A DNA stretch of 55,517 nt from a virus. The notes under the pieces were generated by a model that searched no databases, had not been told where the DNA came from, and saw nothing but the letters and a program-made list of their open reading frames with translations. Of this stretch, positions 45,875-54,268 are shown in pieces (position 1 is the stretch's first letter; the number at the start of each line of letters is the position of its first letter). Both the position numbers and the translations under genes were made by a program. The stretch lies in the IMG/VR virus record IMGVR_UViG_3300045988_099312, positions 1 to 55,517 of that record; one strand, given 5' to 3'.

Positions 45875-46244
45875 GAAGGAAGAACGAATTAGGCTTACTC
45901 CTGCCGGATATAAAGCAATTTGCGCCATGGTTGACAGAAGAGCAAGCCGTGACGGTTATCCTCGGTGTGAGTGGTGCGGCAAATCTATCGGGAAAATGGA
46001 TCACCACCACATTCGCTATCGTTCGGAGTACGGCAGCGACACTCTTGAGAACCTAATCCTTCTGTGTCGAGATTGTCATGACGTGTATGCACACGGAAAG
46101 AAAAAGCACCTCTACCAAAAGGATTTTATTGACTACAGAATGAATACTGAACCCATCAAGACGTGGAATATCGTTCATCAGAATGAAGCGCAAGCTATCT
46201 ATAAGAGGTACGCTAAACGAGGGTGTAAAGATGGAAAAGAATGA
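45864..46244 (+). CDS. HNH endonuclease (126 aa)
   Basis: 'CEWCGK...HHHIRYRSEYGSDTLENLILLCRDCHDVYAH' HNH motif. Confidence 0.8.
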   Translation: MKIEKEERIRLTPAGYKAICAMVDRRASRDGYPRCEWCGKSIGKMDHHHIRYRSEYGSDTLENLILLCRDCHDVYAHGKKKHLYQKDFIDYRMNTEPIKTWNIVHQNEAQAIYKRYAKRGCKDGKE

Positions 46245-46518
46245 AATTGAGTTTGTGAATGGCAGAAGAGTGTTACCTGCTGGGTTTGATGTAGAGAAAG
46301 CAGAAAGAGCCATTGATTTTTTTCTCAGTGCGTCTACATCCAGAACGTACATTACATTCAGCACATTGGCGGGGCGATACTTGATGCTCTATGTAACTTT
46401 GTACAGTGGAAGCACAGCGAGATGGCGCTTGTGTGAGTTGCTTGGCGTTGATCCTGGAGATAGGTCAACTTTAAAAAACTGGTGTAAAAGAAGAGCTGTT
46501 GCGCGCGATGAAATGTAA
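46231..46518 (+). CDS. Hypothetical protein (95 aa)
   Basis: Internal ATG of ORF 46183-46518 that overlaps the HNH gene's stop. Confidence 0.55.
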   Translation: MEKNEIEFVNGRRVLPAGFDVEKAERAIDFFLSASTSRTYITFSTLAGRYLMLYVTLYSGSTARWRLCELLGVDPGDRSTLKNWCKRRAVARDEM

Positions 46519-46533
46519 AAGGAGGAAACTTAA

Positions 46534-46755
46534 ATGAATATCATCATCGGAAGCGATATGTATTTGTGCCACCCGAAAGTTATTAAGTTTGCAAAAGTTG
46601 GACTGTTTAGACAGACCGTCCTCATGGTGGATGGAAATGTCGTCAAGAAATACAAAAACGAAGAGGAATTAAAAAAGGACAAGGATCTACTTTCGTTCAC
46701 TATCGGATTGTCTGAACCTGTTTGCGTTCTCAAAGGAGAAAATGAAAATGAATAA
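46534..46755 (+). CDS. Hypothetical protein (73 aa)
   Basis: RBS AAGGAGGAAAC. ORF track entry. Confidence 0.7.
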   Translation: MNIIIGSDMYLCHPKVIKFAKVGLFRQTVLMVDGNVVKKYKNEEELKKDKDLLSFTIGLSEPVCVLKGENENE

Positions 46756-47212
46756 TGTAAAAAATGTTGGCGAAGGCAGATTCTTCAAGGCCGTAAAAGG
46801 TTGCCCGTTTGTTGTCCGACTGCCTGAACGCAGCACAAAATATTCTGCTGGGTATGATTTCTTCTGCCCGTATCCAGTTGTAATCGCGCCGGGACAGACG
46901 ATCAAAATCAAAACATGGGTAAAAGCTCGCTTCCCCCGAGGTGAGTTTCTGATGATTTGCGATCGCTCGTCGTTTGGAATTAAGAAGCATCTTACAATTC
47001 CAAATGGGGTAGGCATTATTGATAGTGATTATTACGGAAATGAAAATAACGATGGCAATATCATTGCTGCGCTGTATAACTTCGGGCAAGAACCAGTACA
47101 GATTAACACTGGAGACAAGGTGTGCCAGGGTATCTTTATTTCGTTCAAGGTCACAGATGACGATACAGCAACTGGTGAACGTACTGGCGGAGTAGGAAGT
47201 ACCGGAAAATGA
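46742..47212 (+). CDS. dut: dUTP pyrophosphatase (156 aa)
   Basis: 'AGYDF', 'RSSFG', 'GVGIIDSDYYGN' and a C-terminal 'GERTGGVGSTGK' are trimeric dUTPase motifs. Confidence 0.85.
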   Translation: MKMNNVKNVGEGRFFKAVKGCPFVVRLPERSTKYSAGYDFFCPYPVVIAPGQTIKIKTWVKARFPRGEFLMICDRSSFGIKKHLTIPNGVGIIDSDYYGNENNDGNIIAALYNFGQEPVQINTGDKVCQGIFISFKVTDDDTATGERTGGVGSTGK

Positions 47213-47302
47213 AAGAAAAAAATTTGGAGAAGTATCAAAAGTGTATTTATGGGTTCTGTGTTTTTTCATGGCTTGCGATGATGCAGGATTGAGAGGTTGA
47301 AG

Positions 47303-47737
47303 ATGAAACTTAGAGAATTAGTGAACAAAATTGATAACGATATAGTTTTATGGATAGTTAGAGCTCCGGACACTAACGTTCTGTTCAAAAGAAAGCACCC
47401 TTTTGACGTTATTCCAGAGAATGTGCTTTGCATGGAAGTCGGAACGTTTTTCCCTAGTTACAACAGAATGTATATAGAAGTAAAAAGAAATGCCGGAAAT
47501 GGTAGCTTTAGAGAACTGCTTAACCATCTCAATAATTACGATTGTATCGACGTGTACGTCGTTAACCGTGACGGCGCGAAAGAAAAGGTATATTCTGACC
47601 AAGCTGTACTTCGCACCAATGAAGAATATGACAATTATCTAGTAAAAAGAATTAGCCCTCATGAGTCTGAATGGGGCGATAAAATCGAAATAGAGATAGA
47701 GCCGCGCGAAGAGGAAGATACGCAGGAGGGAAAATAA
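47303..47737 (+). CDS. Hypothetical protein, member 1 of the MKL-ELL small-protein family (144 aa)
   Basis: RBS GAGAGG. N-terminal 'MKLRELVNKI', C-terminal 'IEIEIE'. Confidence 0.65.
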   Translation: MKLRELVNKIDNDIVLWIVRAPDTNVLFKRKHPFDVIPENVLCMEVGTFFPSYNRMYIEVKRNAGNGSFRELLNHLNNYDCIDVYVVNRDGAKEKVYSDQAVLRTNEEYDNYLVKRISPHESEWGDKIEIEIEPREEEDTQEGK

Positions 47738-48010
47738 ATGAAACTGATTGATTTGCTTAGCTACATTCCTGATGAATGTAAAATCTGTCTTTCGAGTCTC
47801 GGAGAGCAGCGACACGGAGTTATCGATTATAAATATGACGCTATTGCACGCTTTGCATACCGGTATAAGCTCACTAGAGATCAGGTAAAAAACATGGATG
47901 TAAGCAGTATTTATCCATGTGCGTGCGTACAGTGTAGTGAAGAATACGTGTTTAAGAACGATATTCCCTCGCTCTACGTCAAGCCACAAATTATTATAGA
48001 AATTGAGTAA
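47738..48010 (+). CDS. Hypothetical protein, family member 2 (90 aa)
   Basis: 'MKLIDLLSYIP...IIIEIE'. Abuts the previous gene (TAAATG). Confidence 0.65.
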   Translation: MKLIDLLSYIPDECKICLSSLGEQRHGVIDYKYDAIARFAYRYKLTRDQVKNMDVSSIYPCACVQCSEEYVFKNDIPSLYVKPQIIIEIE

Positions 48011-48051
48011 TATGCCAAGAAGTTGAAAGAATTAGGGGAATGTGAAAGTGA

Positions 48052-48213
48052 ATGACACTTAAAGAACTCTTGGAGTGGGCAGAAAAGAATGACTGCTTAG
48101 ATTGTGACATGTGTGTACAGTACAGAGACGATGGGGGCTTGTATCATGGAAGGGACTATGATATTTATCCGACACTGGAAGAGACTAATTCTAAAAAGGT
48201 TGTCGTACTGTAG
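48052..48213 (+). CDS. Small protein with a related N-terminus (53 aa)
   Basis: 'MTLKELLEWAEKNDCLDCDMC...'. Below the ORF-track size cutoff. Translated by hand. Confidence 0.4.
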   Translation: MTLKELLEWAEKNDCLDCDMCVQYRDDGGLYHGRDYDIYPTLEETNSKKVVVL

Positions 48214-48227
48214 GAAAGGAGAACACA

Positions 48228-48506
48228 ATGAAACTTAAAGAACTTTTGGAAGTGATCCCCGAAAATTATGAAATTGGTCTTGCAGATTTTGATAAAGACA
48301 ACGGCATTATTGTTTACGGCACGAAAGAGGATGCCATTCAGAAATTTGCTGAAAAAGAAAAGTTTATCAAAGAGCAGGTCGAGGGCATGAATGTCATCGC
48401 AATTCATCCGGGAGCTACAGCATATCTACCCACTGGTGTAAAGTTGTTTGGTGATGATATGGTTGATGTTCATATTAAGACCCAGCTCACGATTGAAATT
48501 GTATAA
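48228..48506 (+). CDS. Hypothetical protein, family member 3 (92 aa)
   Basis: RBS AGGAAAGGAG. 'MKLKELLEVIP...LTIEIV'. Confidence 0.7.
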   Translation: MKLKELLEVIPENYEIGLADFDKDNGIIVYGTKEDAIQKFAEKEKFIKEQVEGMNVIAIHPGATAYLPTGVKLFGDDMVDVHIKTQLTIEIV

Positions 48507-48518
48507 GGAGGAACAAAA

Positions 48519-48806
48519 ATGGATGATGTAACATAGATTATTGATGACTTTCGTAGGGTGTGCAAGAAAGTTCAGCCTGATCTTAATGTCCACGATGGGT
48601 CTATCACAGCAATTTACAAGAGAAATTCTTTTGAAGACTTATGGGAAGCTATCGGAGAACTGTATTATACACTTGTAGCTTTCCATATTCCGACAAAGTA
48701 TCTCAATATTGATGTTGCATACCATACTGTAAAGATCAAACTTGACTACAAGGGTCTTAAAGTATTGTTTCCTGCTTATCCCGAAGAAGAAGGAGAAAAC
48801 AGATGA
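48519..48806 (+). CDS. ORF with an in-frame TAG at codon 6 (48534-48536): leader peptide plus GTG restart, pseudogene, or amber read-through
   Basis: A strong RBS AAGGAGGAAC sits 4 nt before ATG 48519. The ORF-track entry 48558-48806 is in the same frame. No RBS precedes GTG 48558. Confidence 0.45.
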
Positions 48807-49099
48807 ATAAGGACATAGTGGCATGTTATGGTATAGCAGCGCATTGCGGCATCGCGAAAGAAGAAGCCGCTGAACTCATCCATGCGATTTCAAAGTGGGA
48901 ACGAGCAACACTACCGGGATACTACGAGGCGGACACAACGCCAGCGGAAGCGAAAGAGAATCTCATTTAGGCGGTGGCGGACTGTCAGAACTCACTGGAC
49001 AGCCTTGTTTGTAGACTTGGACTTGATAAGTCTGCAATCAAGCAGAAAATCAAGGAAGCCGATGAAAGGGCAGAGCGTCTTTATGGGAGAAAGAATTGA
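48803..49099 (+). CDS. ORF with an in-frame TAG at codon 56 (48968-48970): pseudogene or amber read-through
   Basis: ATGA overlap with the upstream gene. Hand translation: MNKDIVACYGIAAHCGIAKEEAAELIHAISKWERATLPGYYEADTTPAEAKENLI*AVADCQNSLDSLVCRLGLDKSAIKQKIKEADERAERLYGRKN. Confidence 0.45.
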
Positions 49100-49173
49100 T
49101 AACGATGCAATAAAGACGATAAGTATCTTGCTTAGAATAAATGAAATATATAAAGAAAGGAGGAAACAATAAA

Positions 49174-49410
49174 TTGATTACGATAATGAGAAAAGGAAAT
49201 CAAGCGGTACAAATTACAACTGCGAAGTCTGCGGATCTACACCGTGCCATTGAATATATCACGCTTGTAATAGTTGCGGACAAGCATGGACGATTTATGT
49301 TACAAGCAAACGAACAGTATTCGGAAAGTAAAGATACCGATGCAATTAGGAATCATAAGAGCATTATTAAACGTTACAAGCTGCAAGGGTTCAAGGTAAC
49401 GGAAAATTAA
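49174..49410 (+). CDS. Hypothetical protein (about 74-78 aa)
   Basis: RBS AAGGAGGAA. TTG 49174 or ATG 49186 within ORF 49141-49410. Confidence 0.6.
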   Translation: MITIMRKGNQAVQITTAKSADLHRAIEYITLVIVADKHGRFMLQANEQYSESKDTDAIRNHKSIIKRYKLQGFKVTEN

Positions 49411-49434
49411 AAATAGTTAATGTGGAGGCTTAAA

Positions 49435-49917
49435 ATGGACACGATTGAAATCTTAGGAAATTTAACAAAAGACCCTGACGTAAGGGCTACAAAGACTGGC
49501 GGCTGCATGGTTAGGTTTAGTGTTGGATCAAATCGCAAATATCAGGACAGAGCAACTGGGGAAATGAAAGAGGTAGCTAGTTTTATTCCGTGCGTTATTT
49601 GGAATGAGTTGGCAGAGTCAGCGGCGAATTATTTAAAAAAGGGAAAGCGCGTATATATTAAGGGACGTTGGGAAAGCCGAAAGTATCAAGATAAAAACGG
49701 GCAGGATAAATATATTACGGAAATTGTTGTTAATTTCATTGCTTTACCGCTTCCTGTCAATTATCAAAAGCATGGGCAAGGACAGCCGCAGAAACAACAG
49801 TGGAACAATGGTCAAAACTATGGACAACAGCAGAGTGGCTCATTCGGTCAGTTTGGACAGGCAAAACCGGAAGGAAATTATCAACCGCAGTACCCGGATC
49901 AGGACATCCCATTTTGA
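49435..49917 (+). CDS. ssb: Single-stranded DNA-binding protein (160 aa)
   Basis: OB-fold N-terminus, Gln/Gly-rich linker and the canonical acidic tail '...DQDIPF'. Confidence 0.85.
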   Translation: MDTIEILGNLTKDPDVRATKTGGCMVRFSVGSNRKYQDRATGEMKEVASFIPCVIWNELAESAANYLKKGKRVYIKGRWESRKYQDKNGQDKYITEIVVNFIALPLPVNYQKHGQGQPQKQQWNNGQNYGQQQSGSFGQFGQAKPEGNYQPQYPDQDIPF

Positions 49918-49933
49918 GTAATGGAGGAAACCG

Positions 49934-50503
49934 ATGGAGAAAGAAGTACGAACGCTGGGCGATGTAGAACTCACAATCACGGTGGAAAAAATACTGGAAC
50001 TTGCAAAAGAAGTTGCTAAAACTACCGTTGATGAGATAAACGAACTGGAAGAGAAAAAAAGAGAGCTTTACAGTCCGCAAAAAGCAGCAAAGAAAATGCT
50101 TTCAGATTATCGTAGGTTAAAACGAGTGGCAACACATGAAATTCAACCGACAAAAGAGGAAGCTATTAGTTTGCAATGGGAATACTTACGTGAACTGATG
50201 GGAAATCCCGATGAAAAAATGTATGCCGAAAATATTGCTTATATCACTGAACGGAAATTGCAATATAACAGGTACAAAGTCCAAAAGATTGAAAAGGCGT
50301 TTCGTTTGTATAAACAGGAATGTAATGAAAATGGGAGTGATGAAGCATTGCGTAGATGTCGGATTATTCAGCAGATGTATTTTGACAATGGACACCCGTC
50401 TGTTGCAGAGATAGCAAAAGCCGAACATGTAACCGATAAGGCGATTTACAAAGACATGGGGAATGCTTACAAAGTCATTGCCGCCTATTTGTCCGCATTG
50501 TGA
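49934..50503 (+). CDS. ArpU/RinA-like sigma region-4-type transcriptional activator (189 aa), putative
   Basis: RBS GGAGGAAAC. C-terminal HTH 'PSVAEIAKAEHVTDKAIYKDMGNAYKVIA'. It is the last gene of the early module, just before cassette C. Confidence 0.5.
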   Translation: MEKEVRTLGDVELTITVEKILELAKEVAKTTVDEINELEEKKRELYSPQKAAKKMLSDYRRLKRVATHEIQPTKEEAISLQWEYLRELMGNPDEKMYAENIAYITERKLQYNRYKVQKIEKAFRLYKQECNENGSDEALRRCRIIQQMYFDNGHPSVAEIAKAEHVTDKAIYKDMGNAYKVIAAYLSAL

Positions 50504-50522
50504 ATCAGTGACATAAAGTTAT

Positions 50523-50911
50523 TACATAGCGATTTTTGGAAGAAAAGCCGAAAATCGCTATATTTGCGTTTATTTGGCTTTTCTAGCGTTTCCCGAGGTT
50601 CAGCATATAACCAATCAAAAATAACGCAAGAACGTTTCTCATGGAAAATGTATACGTCTGCTCAATGCATTAAAATGGCGATTTTAGCGATTTTTGAAAA
50701 TCCCCTATACACCACCACATCCGATGAAATTTAGGCGTTTCCGAAATCAAGGAAAACGTATCATGCAAAATAGCATAGCAAAATCGCCATTTAAGTAAAG
50801 AAAATACTTTACACAAATGAGGAAATGTGGTATGATATATACATAAGAGAGATACAGAGAAAAACAAAGAAATCTCTCGGAAATGAAAGAAAATCGGAGG
50901 AAACAAAAATG
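50523..50911 (+). repeat. Cassette copy C (terminator, conserved spacer, promoter, leader, RBS, ATG)
   Basis: Aligns with copies A and B. Terminator stem at 50527-50560. Confidence 0.9.
50808..50836 (+). promoter_or_regulatory. SigmaA-type promoter of cassette C
   Basis: TTTACA, 17-nt spacer, TGgTATGAT. Confidence 0.7.
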
Positions 50912-51346
50912 GAGAATACATTTGAAAAAGCATATCAAGAATATAAGAACTTTGACAAAGCCTTCGAGGAGGCAAGCGCCAAGGGCGATGAGATCGGGAT
51001 GGAAAAAGGACGCGAGGAATACAGAGTTTGGAAAAAGCGCTACGAAGAAAAAGGCTCGGTGTTCGCATTCATCTACAGCGAATACGAAGAGTCCCGGAAC
51101 AATGGAAACGAAGATCTGAATTTCCATAACTTCATTGACAAGACCGAAAGCTGCATCGCCTGCCTCAAGGAAAACGGAGTGAAGCGCTTCACCTTTTCCT
51201 CCGGCTGGACGGAAGCGATCGGAAATGCATGGGAACTACAGAAAGCCGGATGCCGAATGGTTGGAATGAAAGAGGTTAAGGGAAAAACTGACCCATGGAG
51301 CGGAAAACAGGAAATTCTTCCTGCTTTGGTTTTGGAAATCAACTGA
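50909..51346 (+). CDS. Hypothetical protein (145 aa), first gene after cassette C
   Basis: RBS GGAGGAAAC. Internal ATG of ORF 50825-51346. Confidence 0.75.
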   Translation: MENTFEKAYQEYKNFDKAFEEASAKGDEIGMEKGREEYRVWKKRYEEKGSVFAFIYSEYEESRNNGNEDLNFHNFIDKTESCIACLKENGVKRFTFSSGWTEAIGNAWELQKAGCRMVGMKEVKGKTDPWSGKQEILPALVLEIN

Positions 51347-51378
51347 TGAAATAGTTAGTAAATAACAGGAGGCACAAC

Positions 51379-51648
51379 ATGAAATTTCTTAATAAAAAAG
51401 AAGAGGCACTTTTTGAAAGGTTTTTAGCTCGAAATTTCGCGAGTCCCGAAGAAACCCGTAGGTTATACGCATGGATAGATGTACTTAAGACACGAGAAGG
51501 AAAATGGGAGCGTATGATTATCGAATTTGCTACAGAAGGACAGTTTACGAAAATCCCTAATGCAGCGGAAAAGGTAAACAATGCTAGAGAAGCAATTCGT
51601 GATGCATATGCAAAAATCAGAACCATCAAAGAGAAATTAAAAAAGTAA
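51379..51648 (+). CDS. Hypothetical protein (89 aa)
   Basis: RBS AGGAGG. ORF track entry. Confidence 0.7.
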   Translation: MKFLNKKEEALFERFLARNFASPEETRRLYAWIDVLKTREGKWERMIIEFATEGQFTKIPNAAEKVNNAREAIRDAYAKIRTIKEKLKK

Positions 51649-51687
51649 TCAACGCAAGTGATGAGCTGGATAAGAGGAGGAAACAAA

Positions 51688-51912
51688 ATGACTGTAAGTG
51701 AGCTTTTTAGAAATGTAATTCCGAACCTTGATACCGGAAGGATTTTGGTCTTTAAAAATCAAAATGGAGAAGAGAAATTCAATGACATCTTAGGCAAAAT
51801 GCCATGGTGGATTTATAACGATTACAGGAATGAAAAGGTTGTCATGTTTAAAATCTACGGAGCAACAGAAAAGCAAGCCGAATACTATGTAATTATCGCG
51901 AAGGAGGACTAA
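51688..51912 (+). CDS. Hypothetical protein (74 aa)
   Basis: RBS AGAGGAGGAAAC. Confidence 0.7.
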   Translation: MTVSELFRNVIPNLDTGRILVFKNQNGEEKFNDILGKMPWWIYNDYRNEKVVMFKIYGATEKQAEYYVIIAKED

Positions 51913-52128
51913 GTGTTTACTGTAAAAATTATGACGTCTGGAGCGGCATTCAGAGATGATTCGAGTGGACAGGTGGATGCAAGTGGGAACTACCCACTTG
52001 ATCCTAGTGCATGCGAAATCCGAAGATTGCTAAGGCTGATTTCGCAAAATCTTGAAGAAGGTTATACTGGCGGAATTGCCTTTGATTACAACGGAAACAA
52101 AGTCGGGGAATGGAAATTGGAGGACTAA
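51913..52128 (+). CDS. Hypothetical protein (71 aa)
   Basis: GTG start after AAGGAGGA. Confidence 0.65.
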   Translation: MFTVKIMTSGAAFRDDSSGQVDASGNYPLDPSACEIRRLLRLISQNLEEGYTGGIAFDYNGNKVGEWKLED

Positions 52129-52130
52129 AA

Positions 52131-52517
52131 ATGTACGACCCGTTTACAAATGACCAAGACAGAGTATGGGATATGCTGCTGGATTTGGAAAATGATAATG
52201 AAATTGCGGAAATTGCTGGCGAAGCAACAGAACATGGGAGCGACGTGTATTTCTTTCGAACCCATGAAATTGATTACATCATGAGAGATGTAAACAATGA
52301 TTTCCTAAGCCTTGCGGAGGCTATAAGCCGGTCAATAGATGAGCATAAGTTTTCTCTTGGGTGTGAATGGCAAGCCTATGCATCGCTGAATAATAGATTT
52401 TCTTCCAGTGACGAGCTGGATGAGTTGATGTTTCCTTGGAAAGAGGAAATTATTCAAGGAATTTTAATGGATTCGTATCTAATGGAAAGAGTCGGGTTTA
52501 CGGAGGAACAGGAATGA
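52131..52517 (+). CDS. Strongly acidic hypothetical protein (128 aa; about 31 D/E versus about 8 K/R)
   Basis: RBS TGGAGGA. Composition counted by hand. Confidence 0.7.
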   Translation: MYDPFTNDQDRVWDMLLDLENDNEIAEIAGEATEHGSDVYFFRTHEIDYIMRDVNNDFLSLAEAISRSIDEHKFSLGCEWQAYASLNNRFSSSDELDELMFPWKEEIIQGILMDSYLMERVGFTEEQE

Positions 52518-52831
52518 GAAGATACAGGATTTTAAAAACAGAGATAATCGAAGATGGACACGGGGTAGCTATTCAGTTTGAGACTGAAGGTGAAATTCAC
52601 AATCTGTTTTGGCAATGCGGATACGATGGAAAAGGAGGACTGTTTCGAATCCGCGATAATGATTTTAACGCTTGCGATTATTGGTTTTGGCTGGACGATA
52701 GCGAGAATTGGTGTCCTGATTCATTCTTGCCGGATGCAGACGAATGTGAAAAATATGACTTAATTGAAGATATTGCTGCATGTGCTATCCCCGCTATTGG
52801 ATCGAGTGCAGACGATGTGTGGGCAAGATAA
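52514..52831 (+). CDS. Acidic hypothetical protein (105 aa)
   Basis: RBS GGAGGAA. ATGA overlap. Confidence 0.7.
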   Translation: MRRYRILKTEIIEDGHGVAIQFETEGEIHNLFWQCGYDGKGGLFRIRDNDFNACDYWFWLDDSENWCPDSFLPDADECEKYDLIEDIAACAIPAIGSSADDVWAR

Positions 52832-52846
52832 ACTGAGGAAAGCAGA

Positions 52847-53257
52847 ATGAAAATCACGAGAGAACAAATCGAAGCATGGAATAAGAAGTGTGGCAATGGG
52901 TTCAAGGTGAACTCACGGCAGGCAATTTTGTGGGGGCAAAAATGTCTCCACAAGTACATTCGAACTCGCACAGAATACGTTTTAGAGGTATCAATCGAAT
53001 GGCGAACAGAAAGAGACATATGGGGACAAAAATTGGTATATCCTGTTCTTTGGTTTAATGAATGGCATGAAGAAGGTGATTTAATGTCAAGCACGCTTGG
53101 AATGGGATACGAAGTGAAATTGCAAGAGGATGGAATAGGGAGAAAAAATTTTAACTACATTCTTCGGTTATCAAATGCTGATGACGGACTAAAGGATGAG
53201 CAACTGCTCCAGCTGTTTTATAAATTATCTCGAGAAAAGGAGCTTCGTTATGTATAA
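52847..53257 (+). CDS. Hypothetical protein (136 aa)
   Basis: RBS GAGGAAAG. ORF track entry. Confidence 0.7.
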   Translation: MKITREQIEAWNKKCGNGFKVNSRQAILWGQKCLHKYIRTRTEYVLEVSIEWRTERDIWGQKLVYPVLWFNEWHEEGDLMSSTLGMGYEVKLQEDGIGRKNFNYILRLSNADDGLKDEQLLQLFYKLSREKELRYV

Positions 53258-53438
53258 ACGTAAGACAAAGGATGTGTATATTATTCGGGGCAGATATTTA
53301 GGGATGCCGGAGGAAGATATTGATACCGCAGATACGTTTAAAGAGGCTAGGTATCTAAAGGGGGAGTATGAACTTGCCTTTGGTACTGACTGGAATCTTT
53401 ACATAGAAAAAAGGAGGGAGAAAATTGGATGTGTTTGA
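53250..53438 (+). CDS. Hypothetical protein (62 aa)
   Basis: RBS AAAAGGAG. Internal ATG of ORF 53196-53438. Confidence 0.6.
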   Translation: MYKRKTKDVYIIRGRYLGMPEEDIDTADTFKEARYLKGEYELAFGTDWNLYIEKRREKIGCV

Positions 53439-53721
53439 AAAGTTTATGAATCCACCTGATTCTCCGTACACTAGGTATCGAGGTATTGGATTCACGCCGG
53501 ATCAGTTTATTAAAATGACGAATGAATACAAAAAGTGTTTCACGTACTATTGCGAGTGCTTGATAACACAGAACGGACTTGTGTTTCTAGCTTCTCCGTC
53601 ACATAGCATTGAAGCAGAACGCTTAAAAAAACATGGGTATCATGGGTTAGTCCTGGTTTGGTATGATGGCATCTGCCATGACCCTGACGATACGTCAAAA
53701 AATGACGAAGGCGCAGGTTGA
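53425..53721 (+). CDS. Hypothetical protein (98 aa)
   Basis: TTG start after AAGGAGGGA. Confidence 0.65.
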   Translation: MDVFEKFMNPPDSPYTRYRGIGFTPDQFIKMTNEYKKCFTYYCECLITQNGLVFLASPSHSIEAERLKKHGYHGLVLVWYDGICHDPDDTSKNDEGAG

Positions 53722-54266
53722 TGCTGTTAAAAAGCTCATTGGCGGCTATTGGATTAAGTTATGGCGATGAATATGATCCGTTTAATTTCAGCACCAAAAA
53801 ACTTGCAAATACACTTGTTAGCCGTGGGGTAAGTAGCGGAGAGGCAAATTTTCTTGTCGGAGCGCGTGTTGGTAAGACAATCACGGCAAGTATAAAGTGG
53901 TGGCAACAGGCGCAGCGTTATCACTGGTTTGACATTGTAATGAGCCAGGGCTTAATGCATTGCGTGGCGAAACGCAACTGGACATTTGCAGAAGGGACAC
54001 CGAAAGAAGTAATAGAGGCGTTTGAGAATAGAGTAAATGAATTTTATGATGCACTGCGAAAGAAAGAAACGGTAGATAAAAACGTATTGATCTATAGCGT
54101 GCCAGTGGGTTTGGAAGAGCGAGCGCGTGTAAATACCAATTATTTGCAGCTAATGAACATGTACAAGCAGAGAAAAAATCACGCGCTGCCGGAATGGAAA
54201 GAGTTTTGCAGAGTGGTAGAAACACTACCGAAAATGAAAGGCTTTTTAAAGGCAATAGGAGAGTAA
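53718..54266 (+). CDS. Divergent ThyX-like (flavin-dependent thymidylate synthase fold) protein, 182 aa, with a degenerate catalytic motif
   Basis: 'ASIKWWQQAQRYHWFDIVMSQ' aligns by eye with the ThyX '[24 protein letters not shown]' motif. 'VPVGLEERARVNTNYLQLMNMYKQRKNHALPEWKE' aligns with '[34 protein letters not shown]'. Confidence 0.45.
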   Translation: MMLLKSSLAAIGLSYGDEYDPFNFSTKKLANTLVSRGVSSGEANFLVGARVGKTITASIKWWQQAQRYHWFDIVMSQGLMHCVAKRNWTFAEGTPKEVIEAFENRVNEFYDALRKKETVDKNVLIYSVPVGLEERARVNTNYLQLMNMYKQRKNHALPEWKEFCRVVETLPKMKGFLKAIGE

Positions 54267-54268
54267 AA

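Noticed and set aside
48882-49172. 96-aa Arg-rich + strand ORF from the ORF track
   Set aside because: It has no RBS and an implausible Arg/Thr/Gln-rich composition. It overlaps a translationally coupled frame (48803-49099) that reads as a normal helical protein apart from one TAG.
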